DNA of 64,000 nucleotides. Source: an uncultured Klebsiella sp. (GTDB lineage Bacteria; Verrucomicrobiota; Verrucomicrobiia; Opitutales; UBA953). Shown one piece after another: positions 1-10,535 of the stretch. The number at the start of each line of letters is the position of its first letter. Position 1 is the stretch's first letter. The position numbers and the translations under genes were made by a program. The notes beneath the pieces were generated by a model. That model worked only from the letters and a program-made list of their open reading frames with translations, made no database searches and was not told the DNA's origin. Where the stretch lies: the NCBI GenBank assembly GCA_964643215.1, contig CAZXSI010000001.1, positions 23,029-87,028 of the forward strand. Reading direction: 5' to 3'.

Positions 1-422
1 GGCTCTCCCACCGCCAAGGGTATGGCCTTGGCCGGGGTAGGGGCCTCCCGGAAGGGGACCTGCAAGGTCGATTCCTTCGTTTGCGGCTTGGAGGGGTCGA
101 ACTGCAAGACCGGGGCGGACTTGGCGAAGGGGGCGTCTTCTGGCTGGCCAAGCTCGGACCGCCCTGCCCCGCCCAAGGATGATTTACCCGGGAAATAGAC
201 GGCGGAAGTGTCCAGCAGGACGACGCTCTCGGTCCGGGCGTCGCCCGGGGCCACCAGGCGGACGCCGTTGCTCAACGGCTGGGCAGGCGCTTCGCCGCCC
301 GCGCCAGGGCGGAAGACGACCAAGGTCAGCAGGAAGACGACCAGGCCGCAGAGCAAGGCGGTACGGGTCAGCGGCGGCAAGCGGCCCCCGGTCAGATTGC
401 GGAATGTGGAGAGGGCGCGCAT
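1..422 (-). CDS. Hypothetical membrane-anchored protein, N-terminal part (runs off the left window edge; not in the ORF track)
   Basis: Read by eye on the minus strand. An ATG at about 422, 2 nt after the htrA stop, opens a frame that stays open to position 1: MRALSTFRNLTGGRLPPLTRTALLCGLVVFLLTLVVFRPGAGG... It has one hydrophobic helix and GC-rich third codon positions. I recognise no family. Confidence 0.4.
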   Translation of the reverse strand, partial: MRALSTFRNLTGGRLPPLTRTALLCGLVVFLLTLVVFRPGAGGEAPAQPLSNGVRLVAPGDARTESVVLLDTSAVYFPGKSSLGGAGRSELGQPEDAPFAKSAPVLQFDPSKPQTKESTLQVPFREAPTPAKAIPLAVGE

Positions 423-424
423 GC

Positions 425-1534
425 TCACCGATCAGGAGGACGGTCGGCGACCGTCACCCTCGTGAGCGAACCACGGCCTTCGCGGATGAAGTTGATCGTC
501 AGGACTTCGCCGGGCTTGCGCCGGGAGATCGCCAACCGCAGCTCGTTCCAGTTCTCGAACGGCTTGCCGTCGAGCGCCACGATGATGTCGCCCACCCGGA
601 GGCCGGCCTTCGCGGCCGGCAGGCCTTCGCTGATGAGCGAGACGCGCACGGCGCCGTTCTTCCCGAGATTGAGCTTGGTCGCCTCGGCGAGGGAAAGGTC
701 CTCGCCCTGGACGCCGATGAGGCCGCGGACGACCTTGCCGCCGTTCGCGAGGTCGGTGGCGACGGAGACGATGAGGTTGGCCGGGATGGAGTAGCCCAGG
801 CCGATGCTGCCGCCGGTGCCGGATTTGATCGCGGTGTTCATGCCGAGCAGGCGGCCCTCGAAGTCGATCAGAGGCCCGCCGCTATTGCCCGGATTGATCG
901 CGGCGTCGGTCTGGATGAAATCCTCGAAGGCCATGCCCATGCCCTGCTTGCCCGAGCGGCCGAGCGCGGAGACGATGCCCGACGTCACGGTCATGCCGGC
1001 GTCGAGCGGATTGCCGATGGCGAAGACGACGTCGCCCACGCGGGCTTTCTCGCTGTCGGCGAACTTGGCCCACGGAAGGTTGCGCCCCTCGATCTTCAGC
1101 ACGGCGATGTCGCTGCCCGCGTCGACGCCGAGCACCTTGGCGCGGAACTCGCGCCGGTCCTGGAGCTGGACGATGACGGTCTCGGACACGGTGGCGCGGT
1201 CGGCTTTCAGCACGACATGCCGGTTGGTGATGACATAACCTTCGGGATGGACGATGGTGCCGGAGCCCAGGCCGGTCGGCATGAGCGTCTCGCCGGTCTT
1301 CTCGTCCTTGAGCACCTTCTCGGGGTCGATGCGCCCGCGCAGGCGGTTCAGGACCGACTGGGGGATCACCTCGGCGGTGCGGATGCTGACGACGGCCGGC
1401 ATGATCCGGGCCAGCATGTCGGCATAGCTGGCGCCGGGCGCGGCGCGGTTGATCGGACGGGCATCGGTCTCGAAGGAGACGCCGGCCAGGGCCATGGCCG
1501 GCCAGAGGACAAGCGCGGTGAGATGACGGAGCAT
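425..1534 (-). CDS. htrA: HtrA/DegP-family periplasmic serine protease (trypsin domain plus one PDZ)
   Basis: 369 aa with a signal-like N-terminus. Catalytic-triad contexts are TNRHVV, DIAVLKI and GNSGGPL. The C-terminus is PDZ-like (GLRVGDIIVALDGKP). Confidence 0.9.
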   Translation of the reverse strand: MLRHLTALVLWPAMALAGVSFETDARPINRAAPGASYADMLARIMPAVVSIRTAEVIPQSVLNRLRGRIDPEKVLKDEKTGETLMPTGLGSGTIVHPEGYVITNRHVVLKADRATVSETVIVQLQDRREFRAKVLGVDAGSDIAVLKIEGRNLPWAKFADSEKARVGDVVFAIGNPLDAGMTVTSGIVSALGRSGKQGMGMAFEDFIQTDAAINPGNSGGPLIDFEGRLLGMNTAIKSGTGGSIGLGYSIPANLIVSVATDLANGGKVVRGLIGVQGEDLSLAEATKLNLGKNGAVRVSLISEGLPAAKAGLRVGDIIVALDGKPFENWNELRLAISRRKPGEVLTINFIREGRGSLTRVTVADRPPDR

Positions 1535-1577
1535 GACCCCGGCATCCTAACCGGCGGACCGCCCAATGCAAGCGACC

Positions 1578-4500
1578 TCAGCGCGCCATGGTGAACCCGC
1601 CGCCCGGCTGGTTCGGTTCGGCCTCGTCGCGCTCCTTGTTGAAGCGCATCGAGAACAGGCGGGTGACGCCCTTCTCCTGCATGGTCGCCCCGAAGATGGC
1701 GTCGGCCGCCGAGACGGTGCGCTTATTATGGGTGATCACCAGGAACTGGGAGAAGCGGGTGAACTCGCGGATGATGTCCGTGAAGCGGCTGACGTTGGCG
1801 TCGTCGAGCGGGGCGTCGAGCTCGTCGAGCACGCACAACGGCGAGGGCTTCACCATGTAGATGGCGAAGAGGAGCGCGACGGCGGTCATGGTCCGCTGAC
1901 CGCCGGAAAGCAGGGAGATGCCGCGCAGCTTGGTGCCGGGCGGCTGGGCGATGATCTCGATGCCGGACTCGAGCGGATCCTCGGCCTGGACCATCGTGAG
2001 GTCCGCCGTGCCGCCGACGAAGAGACGCTCGAAGGTGAACTTGAAGTTCTTGCGCACCTGCTCGAAGGTGTCGGTGAAGAGCTTGAGCGAGGTCTGGTTG
2101 AGCTCCTCGATCGCCTTGGTGAGCTCTTCCTTGGCTTTCCAAAGGTCGTCGCTCTGCTTGGTGAGGAAGTCATGGCGGTCGCGCAGGGAGGAGTATTCCT
2201 CCACGGCGACAAGGTTGACGGAGCCCATGCCGGCCATGCGGTCGCGCAGTTCGGCGATCTCGCGGACGAGGGGCGGCCAGTCGGCGGACTCCATCGAGGC
2301 GAGGTCCTCCGCGGTCGGTTCGCCGCGCCGGACGACGGCCTTCGGGGCGGGACGGGAACCTTCTTCGTCGGTCTCCTCGAGGTCGTCGAAACTGGCGATG
2401 CCTTCGGGCTCGCCGTCGGAAAGCCAGAGCTGCAGGCGCCAGTCGACCGCGGCGACGTCGAGCTGGTGGTCGGCCTGGATCTTCTCGACGATGAAACCGC
2501 ACTGCGAAGTCTGCTCCGCGAGCGAGACCTCGAGGCCCTTCAGGCGGGCGTCGGCGACGCGCAAGCGGTCGCGGTCGACGGAAAGCACGCGGTCTTCGGA
2601 GTCGACGGCGGCGTCGGTCTCCCCGAGGACGCCGCGCAGCGCGTTGAGTCCGGAATTGGCGGCCTCGACTTCGCCGGCAAGACGGGCGGAAGTCTCGCGG
2701 GCGGTCGCGGCCTGGGCCTTGAGTTCGCCGATCAGCTTCTCGTTCTGCTGGGCCTCGAGGCGGCGCGAATTGAGGCGGGCGACGGCTTCCGCGCGGCGCG
2801 ATTCGAGGTCGGCCAGCTCGCGGCCGACGAGCTCGAGCCGCTGGCGCTGCTCGGCATGGGCGAGGCGGGCTTCGCCGAGGGCGGCGCGGCGCAGGTCGGA
2901 TTCGGCCCGGGCGGCCTCGAGCTGGGATTCGCCGGAAGCGATCGTCGCGCGGAGTTCGGCCACCTGGGCGTCCTTGGCGGTGAGGGTCACCTGGGCGCGG
3001 TCGCGGCGCTGCAAGGCCTCCGACTTGGAGTTCTCGATCTCGGCCAGCTGGCGCTCCTCGCGGGCGATGCGGTCGTCCGCGGCGGTCAGGGTCTGGCGGG
3101 CGGCGCGTTCGTCGGCCTGGGCCACGGAAAGCTCCTGGGCGGCGAACTGCGTGGCGTCGCGGGCGGCCGAGACGTCGAGCTCGTTGGCGTCCATCGCGGA
3201 CTGGAGGCCGAGGGCCTTCTCGTTGAGGGTCGTCAGCTGGTCGTTCTCGGACTCGAGGCTGGCGCGGACGGAGCGGATCTCGCTTTCGCGGGAGAAGACG
3301 CCGGAACCGGCGTTGGCCGCGGCCTTGCGCGGCTTGCCGGCGTAGACGAGGCCACGCCGGTCGACGAGGTCGCCGTCGGTGGTGGCGACGAGGAAGAATT
3401 CGAAGCCCGGATTGGCGCGCCACCAGCTGATGAAGTCGCCGAGGGACGGGCAGACGTAGCAGCCGTCGAAGAGGTTGGCGACGAGGCGGGCGTGGTCCGC
3501 GGACTTCGCCTGCACGGCGGAAGTGGCCGGCCGGAGCCAGCCGGGAGCGGCGGAACCGGCACGGGAGGCGGGCGGGGCCTCGACCTGGAAGACCGCGCGG
3601 CCGAGCTGGCGCTCGCCCATCTTGGCGACGATCCCCGGGAGGAGTTCCGCGGAGTCGAGGGCGACGGCCTCGGAAGCGGCGCCGAGGATGTTCTCGAGGG
3701 CGGCGGCGGCGGTGATGTCGACGACGGTGACGAGATCGGCGAGCGCGGAGGCCTTGCCCGAACGGAGCTCGGCGGAGAACTCCCCGCGCAGGACGGCCTT
3801 GGCCGCTTCGGAGAAGCCTTCGAGGCGGGACTGCATCTGCTCGAGCAGGCCGAGCTGCGCGGAAAGCTTGGCGACCTTGCGGTCCTGTTCGGAGATCGTC
3901 TGCTGGAGCGCGCGGAAGTCGTTGAGCAGGTCGCGTCCCTTCTCGGTGGCTTCCTGCTCGGCGGCGCGGGCGGCCTGCAGCTCGCCATGGCGGGTCGTGA
4001 CGACCGCGCCGCACTCGGCGACGCGGCGCTCCAGGGCCTCGCGCTCCTGCTTGGCCTGGCGGAGCGAGTCGGAAAGGTCGACGTGGCGGGACTGGTAGCC
4101 GCGGAGGTCGACCTCGAGGTTGGTGACGTCGCCGCGGGCGCGGGTCATCTCGCCTTCGGCCACGAGGATGTCCTGCCGGGCGCGCCGGAGAAGGTTCTCG
4201 GCCTCGACGACCTGACGGGCGACTTCCTCGACCTGCGCGGTCTTCTCGCGATAGGCGGCGTCGGTGGCGGAAACGGAACCGGCGGCGGTCGACTTCGCGT
4301 CGGAGCTGCCGCGGAGACGCATCTCGAACTCGGCGATCGACAGCTCGGCCTCCTGGGCCTCGCGGCGGATCTCGCCGAGACGGGAGGCAAGGTCGTCGGA
4401 ACGGAGATCGGAAGTGCGGGCCTCGTTCTCGGCGTTCTCGCGGGCGGTGCGCAGGTCGAAGAGGGCCTGCTGGGCGAGCTGGAGCTGCTCGGCCAGTTCG

Positions 4501-5330
4501 GCGCGGCGGGCGCGCGTCTGGAGCAACGCGGCCTCGCGGTCGCGGAGACCGTCGGTGAGTCCGGCGACTTCGGCGCGGCAGGCCGTGGCGTCGGCCTCGA
4601 GCGCGACGACCTGGGCGCGGCGGTCGCCGAACTGCTTGGCATGCCAGGCGAGGTCGAGGTGCGTGAAGCGGTGACGGAGGCGGCGGAAGCGGAGGGCCTT
4701 GGCGGCCTGGCGGCGCAGCGTCGCGATCTGGCGGCCGACTTCGCTGACGACGTCGGTGATGCGCGCGAGGTTGGCGTCGACGCCGCTGAGCTTGTTGAGG
4801 GCTTCGCGCCGCTGGGCCTTGTAGCGCGTGATGCCGGCGGCCTCCTCGAAGAGATAGCGGCGTTCGGACGGGTTGGCGGAGAGGATCTGGTCGATCTGGC
4901 CCTGCACCATGAACGAATAGGACATGCGGCCGATGCCGGTGTCCATGAACAGGCGCTGGATGTCCTTCAGGCGGGAAGGCTTGCCGTTGATGAAATAGTC
5001 GCTGGCGCCTTCGCGGTGGAGGCGGCGCATGACCGAGACCTCGGCGAAGGCGGTGCCCAGCTCCTTCTCGCAGTCGGCGAAGATCAGCTCGACCTCGCAC
5101 TGCGGGAGGGGCCGGCGGCGGTCGGTGCCCGCGAAGATGACGTCCTGCATCGCCGGGGCGCGGAGGGATTTGGCGGACTGTTCGCCCAGGACCCACCGGA
5201 TGGCGTCGACGATGTTGGACTTGCCGCAGCCGTTCGGCCCGACGACGGCCGTGACCCCGGGACGGAGCTCGATGCGGGTCCGGTCGGCGAAGCTTTTGAA
5301 TCCGTTGGCGACGATTTCCTTGAGGTACAT
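1578..5330 (-). CDS. smc: Chromosome segregation protein SMC
   Basis: 1250 aa. Features are N-terminal Walker A GPNGCGKSN, long coiled-coil arms, a hinge, and C-terminal LSGGQRTMTAVALLFA...LDELDAPLD. Confidence 0.95.
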   Translation of the reverse strand: MYLKEIVANGFKSFADRTRIELRPGVTAVVGPNGCGKSNIVDAIRWVLGEQSAKSLRAPAMQDVIFAGTDRRRPLPQCEVELIFADCEKELGTAFAEVSVMRRLHREGASDYFINGKPSRLKDIQRLFMDTGIGRMSYSFMVQGQIDQILSANPSERRYLFEEAAGITRYKAQRREALNKLSGVDANLARITDVVSEVGRQIATLRRQAAKALRFRRLRHRFTHLDLAWHAKQFGDRRAQVVALEADATACRAEVAGLTDGLRDREAALLQTRARRAELAEQLQLAQQALFDLRTARENAENEARTSDLRSDDLASRLGEIRREAQEAELSIAEFEMRLRGSSDAKSTAAGSVSATDAAYREKTAQVEEVARQVVEAENLLRRARQDILVAEGEMTRARGDVTNLEVDLRGYQSRHVDLSDSLRQAKQEREALERRVAECGAVVTTRHGELQAARAAEQEATEKGRDLLNDFRALQQTISEQDRKVAKLSAQLGLLEQMQSRLEGFSEAAKAVLRGEFSAELRSGKASALADLVTVVDITAAAALENILGAASEAVALDSAELLPGIVAKMGERQLGRAVFQVEAPPASRAGSAAPGWLRPATSAVQAKSADHARLVANLFDGCYVCPSLGDFISWWRANPGFEFFLVATTDGDLVDRRGLVYAGKPRKAAANAGSGVFSRESEIRSVRASLESENDQLTTLNEKALGLQSAMDANELDVSAARDATQFAAQELSVAQADERAARQTLTAADDRIAREERQLAEIENSKSEALQRRDRAQVTLTAKDAQVAELRATIASGESQLEAARAESDLRRAALGEARLAHAEQRQRLELVGRELADLESRRAEAVARLNSRRLEAQQNEKLIGELKAQAATARETSARLAGEVEAANSGLNALRGVLGETDAAVDSEDRVLSVDRDRLRVADARLKGLEVSLAEQTSQCGFIVEKIQADHQLDVAAVDWRLQLWLSDGEPEGIASFDDLEETDEEGSRPAPKAVVRRGEPTAEDLASMESADWPPLVREIAELRDRMAGMGSVNLVAVEEYSSLRDRHDFLTKQSDDLWKAKEELTKAIEELNQTSLKLFTDTFEQVRKNFKFTFERLFVGGTADLTMVQAEDPLESGIEIIAQPPGTKLRGISLLSGGQRTMTAVALLFAIYMVKPSPLCVLDELDAPLDDANVSRFTDIIREFTRFSQFLVITHNKRTVSAADAIFGATMQEKGVTRLFSMRFNKERDEAEPNQPGGGFTMAR

Positions 5331-5483
5331 CGAGGGGTGAGCCGAACGATTGCCCTGCCCTACCCCCGCCGCAAGCGTCTTGTGCCCCGCGGAAGGGCCA
5401 CTTATTCACGGCTTTAAATAGCCTTGGATTCGGGGTTGACGAAAGGCCTCCCCCCTTGTTCTTTCGACCCTCCAAACGCTCAC

Positions 5484-5684
5484 ATGTCCGTAGAAATCAA
5501 GATTCGCAAAGGCGAGACCGTCGACAAGGCTCTCCGCCGCCTCAAGAAGAAGATCGACCGCGAGGGCATCATCAAGGACGCCCGCGCCAAGCGAGGCTTC
5601 GAGAAGCCGGCCGAACGCCGTCGTCGCAAGAAGAAGGTCAAGAACTTCAGCGCCTACCTGCGCAAGAAGTGGGACAACGTCTGA
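5484..5684 (+). CDS. rpsU: 30S ribosomal protein S21
   Basis: The internal ATG at 5484 gives 66 aa, MSVEIKIRKGETVDKALRRLKKKIDREGI..., which is typical S21. The upstream part of the track ORF (from 5424) has no S21 similarity. Confidence 0.9.
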   Translation: MSVEIKIRKGETVDKALRRLKKKIDREGIIKDARAKRGFEKPAERRRRKKKVKNFSAYLRKKWDNV

Positions 5685-5708
5685 GCGTCCGCCCCGACCC
5701 AAGCACCC

Positions 5709-5741
5709 GAAGGCCCGTCATCGCGACGGGCCTTCTGCTTT
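5709..5741 (+). terminator. Rho-independent terminator after rpsU
   Basis: Stem GAAGGCCCGTC / GACGGGCCTTC with loop ATCGC, followed by TGCTTT. Confidence 0.6.
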
Positions 5742-5769
5742 GGCGGGGCCCCCGGCGGATCCGGGCGAC

Positions 5770-5798
5770 AAAAAGGGCCGAACCCGGAGGTTCGGCCC
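5770..5798 (-). terminator. Rho-independent terminator after glnN
   Basis: On the minus strand: GGGCCGAACC-TCCG-GGTTCGGCCC followed by TTTTT (seen as an A-run on the plus strand at about 5770-5774). Confidence 0.6.
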
Positions 5799-5823
5799 TT
5801 GGTCTCGGCATAGCCGGCGAGGC

Positions 5824-7980
<2,157 letters not shown>

Positions 7981-8024
7981 GGATTGGGGGATTGGAAAAG
8001 ATGACTAATTACGAACAAACTCAA

Positions 8025-8040
8025 AGCACCCTGCGTGCCA
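8025..8040 (-). promoter_or_regulatory. Putative sigma-54 (-24/-12) promoter of glnN
   Basis: The minus strand reads TGGCACG-CAGG-GTGCT, against the consensus TGGCACG-N4-TTGCW. The GG and GC dinucleotides are correctly spaced. It lies about 45 nt upstream of the glnN ATG. Confidence 0.6.
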
Positions 8041-8091
8041 CGGTTCAATAGGTAACGATTCACAAGGGGTTTTGTGCTTTTTTAGACAAAT

Positions 8092-8109
8092 GTGCCTATT
8101 TTTAGGCAA
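8092..8109. promoter_or_regulatory. AT-rich dyad (possible enhancer/UAS) upstream of the glnN promoter
   Basis: GTGCCTATTTTTAGGCAA contains the perfect inverted repeat TGCCTA-N4-TAGGCA. It sits in an unusually AT-rich spacer about 60 nt upstream of the -24 element. Confidence 0.4.
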
Positions 8110-8120
8110 ACTTGTCTTGC

Positions 8121-9128
8121 TCACTTCCAGACATACGTCGTCCGCAAGAAGTAGGAAGTATCGGTCTTCACCTGGGTCGGCAAGGGCATGGAACGGAAGT
8201 CATTGGCGACGCCCACCCTTAGCGAAAGCGGGCCGGCGTTGCGGAGCACGTTGAGACTGGTCTCGTGACGGACGTAGAAATCGCCGGTCGTCTGGAACGA
8301 CGGGACGAAGTTGAGCGAAGTGTCCCAGGCCGCCCAGCCGAGCTCGCGGGAGAAGACCAACCCGATGTCCGCCGAAGGAGCCGCCAAGGTCGCCTGCGTC
8401 GCCGCGGCGTAACGCTCATAACGATGCGCGAGACCGAGACGCGCATCCAGCTTGCCTTTCGCGTCGGTGTGCAGGCGGAAGCCCCAGCCGGCGGCGTTCA
8501 CGGAGAAGAAATCGATCAGCCGGGCGTTGTCATAACCGCTGTCGCTGCGCACATACCAGAAGACGACATCGGTGGGATTGGTCTCGTATGAGGCGGTGAC
8601 ATGCAGGTCGTCGGCGGAAGCCTGGTTGCCCGCTTCGGCGCGCACGACCCGGACGCCCGCGCTCACGGCGCCCGCCTTGGTCACGCCCTTGGCGGAGAAA
8701 CCGGCGCTGAAGCCCGAGCCCATGACGACGCCGTTGCGACCGGAGACATCGACGTCGGCCTGCGTGGTCCAACGGCGCTCCCCGGCGGTCTCGGCGGGGC
8801 GGAGCGCAGGGTCGCGCCAGAGTTCCAAGGTCGGATCAAGCGGGCTGGTCTCCGCCCCGCCCTGCGAGGCCACCCGCCCTCCGGCCGCGCTGGCCGGACC
8901 ACGCGAGACGACGCCGCCCGAGCTGACCAGCACGGCGTCGTCCGTGACGAACGACTCGACCTGCGCCAGCCGTAGTCGCTGCACGTTGGCTTCGCCGAGC
9001 GCCGGCACGCGCATCTCGAGCACGCCGGCCGCGATCCGTTCGATATGACCCTTCAGGAAAGTACCGTCCTTCATCGTGACGGTGTCCGCCAGGCAGACGC
9101 CGGACAGCAACAGCAGCAGGAACCTCAT
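8121..9128 (-). CDS. Outer-membrane beta-barrel protein, DUF481/YdiY-like
   Basis: 335 aa with a signal peptide (MRFLLLLLSGVCLA). The N-terminal motif DTVTMKDGTFLKGHIE is followed by a beta-strand-rich body that ends in aromatic ...TTYVWK. Confidence 0.6.
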   Translation of the reverse strand: MRFLLLLLSGVCLADTVTMKDGTFLKGHIERIAAGVLEMRVPALGEANVQRLRLAQVESFVTDDAVLVSSGGVVSRGPASAAGGRVASQGGAETSPLDPTLELWRDPALRPAETAGERRWTTQADVDVSGRNGVVMGSGFSAGFSAKGVTKAGAVSAGVRVVRAEAGNQASADDLHVTASYETNPTDVVFWYVRSDSGYDNARLIDFFSVNAAGWGFRLHTDAKGKLDARLGLAHRYERYAAATQATLAAPSADIGLVFSRELGWAAWDTSLNFVPSFQTTGDFYVRHETSLNVLRNAGPLSLRVGVANDFRSMPLPTQVKTDTSYFLRTTYVWK

Positions 9129-9194
9129 GGGATGATAGACAGCCGCAAGGACGCAGGGTTGCCAACCCTATCGTCGGCGGTCGATAATGCGGCC

Positions 9195-10535
9195 ATGATG
9201 CTCGACGCGGTCATCCTCGGAGCCGGACCAGCCGGACTGGCCGTCGCCCACGCCATGGTCCGCGCCGGCGCGAAGGTGAAGGTCATCGAACCGGCGGCGA
9301 GGGTCGGCGGCTCCATCCGGACCGTGCGCGAGGACGGCTGGCTCGTCGAGACCGGCCCGAACACCCTCCAGCTCGAAGGCCCCGGCGACGAAGCCCTGCT
9401 CGCCGCCTACGGATTAGGCGAGGTCACCCAGGCGGCCGACATGCGGGCGGCGCGACGTTTCATCTACGCCCACGGCAGGCTCCACGGGCTCGGTCCCAAT
9501 CCGCTCAGCCTTTTCGCCGGCGGCCTGCTGAGCTGGCCGGGCAAGCTGCGCCTGCTTTCCGAACCTTTCCGCGCGCGCGGCGGCCAGGCCGGCGAGACGG
9601 TCGAGGCTTTCGCCACCCGGCGTTTCGGGCCGGAGGCCGCGGCGCTGCTGATGGATCCCGTCGTCTCGGGCGTCCACGCGGGGGATCCGGCCAAGCTGGT
9701 GATGGCGGATTGTTTCCCGCGCATCCACCAACTGGAGCAGGAGTTCGGCTCGGTGCTCAACGGCCTTCGCCGCGCGCCCAAGGCGGCCCGGAAAGTCGTG
9801 GGGTTCCCGCAAGGGATGCAACAGCTGGCCGACGCGATGGCCGCGCCCCTCGGCGCCGACCTGCGCCTGCGCTGCGTGGCCACCCAGATCCGCCGCGACG
9901 CCAAAGGCTGGAACATCGCCTGGCGCGGGGCCGACGGCGGCGAAGACGGCGCGTGCGCGAAGCACCTGATCGTGACCGCGCCGCATTGGCATTGGGCCTC
10001 CCTCCCCTTCGACGAATCCGTCACCCGCCTGCTGCGCGACTGGGAGGACGTCCCGGCGCCGGCCGTGACCGTCGTCGCCCGCGGCTACGCCGTCGCCGAC
10101 GTCCCGCACCCGCTCGACGGCTTCGGCTACCTGACGCCCGGCTCCGAGCAGCGCGACGTGCTGGGTTGCCTCTTCCCGACGTCGGTGCTGCCCGCCCGCG
10201 CACCGACGGACCATGCCCTGCTCTGCTGCTTCATCGGCGGCGCCCGCCGACCGGACCTCGCCGCCTTGCCCGATGACGCCCTGCGAAAGATCGTCGACGC
10301 CGAGCTCGCCACGACGCTCGGCATCACGGCCGCGCCGCGCAAGGAATGGATCCAACGCTGGGAGCGCGCGATCCCGCAATACGACGCCGGCCAGCGCCGC
10401 CGCGAAGCCGCGCTCGCCCAGACGGAAGCCGCGCAGCCCGGGCTCCGTTTCCACGGGGCCTTCCGCGGCGGCATCTCCCTGATGCACGTGATCCGCGCCG
10501 GCGACGCCCTCGGGCGTTCGCTCGCGCGAGCTTAG
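9195..10535 (+). CDS. hemY: FAD-dependent protoporphyrinogen/coproporphyrinogen oxidase
   Basis: The internal ATG at 9195 gives MMLDAVILGAGPAGLAVAHA...EPAARVGGSIRT...ETGPNTL (a Rossmann FAD motif). The C-terminal WERAIPQYDAG is typical of HemY/PPOX. Confidence 0.8.
   Translation: MMLDAVILGAGPAGLAVAHAMVRAGAKVKVIEPAARVGGSIRTVREDGWLVETGPNTLQLEGPGDEALLAAYGLGEVTQAADMRAARRFIYAHGRLHGLGPNPLSLFAGGLLSWPGKLRLLSEPFRARGGQAGETVEAFATRRFGPEAAALLMDPVVSGVHAGDPAKLVMADCFPRIHQLEQEFGSVLNGLRRAPKAARKVVGFPQGMQQLADAMAAPLGADLRLRCVATQIRRDAKGWNIAWRGADGGEDGACAKHLIVTAPHWHWASLPFDESVTRLLRDWEDVPAPAVTVVARGYAVADVPHPLDGFGYLTPGSEQRDVLGCLFPTSVLPARAPTDHALLCCFIGGARRPDLAALPDDALRKIVDAELATTLGITAAPRKEWIQRWERAIPQYDAGQRRREAALAQTEAAQPGLRFHGAFRGGISLMHVIRAGDALGRSLARA

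Noticed and set aside
1566-5417. A 1283-aa plus-strand ORF, together with the 1101-aa ORF at 2170-5475 and other long ORFs overlapping smc.
   Set aside because: These lie antisense to, or in an alternative frame of, an unmistakable SMC gene. Their products are low-complexity (G/A/E/L/R/P-rich) with no motifs. Such stop-poor frames are typical of very GC-rich DNA.
5436-5470. A possible sigma-70 promoter for rpsU (TTGACG … TTCTTT).
   Set aside because: The -10 match is poor, and the promoter consensus for this lineage is unknown to me, so I cannot support it as a feature.
8084-8117. An extended imperfect hairpin (AGACAAA…TGCCTA-TTTT-TAGGCA…TTGTCT), considered as the terminator of the DUF481 gene.
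   Set aside because: On the minus strand the hairpin is followed by an A-run rather than a T-run, and on the plus strand there is no upstream gene to terminate. A protein-binding dyad upstream of glnN is more plausible.
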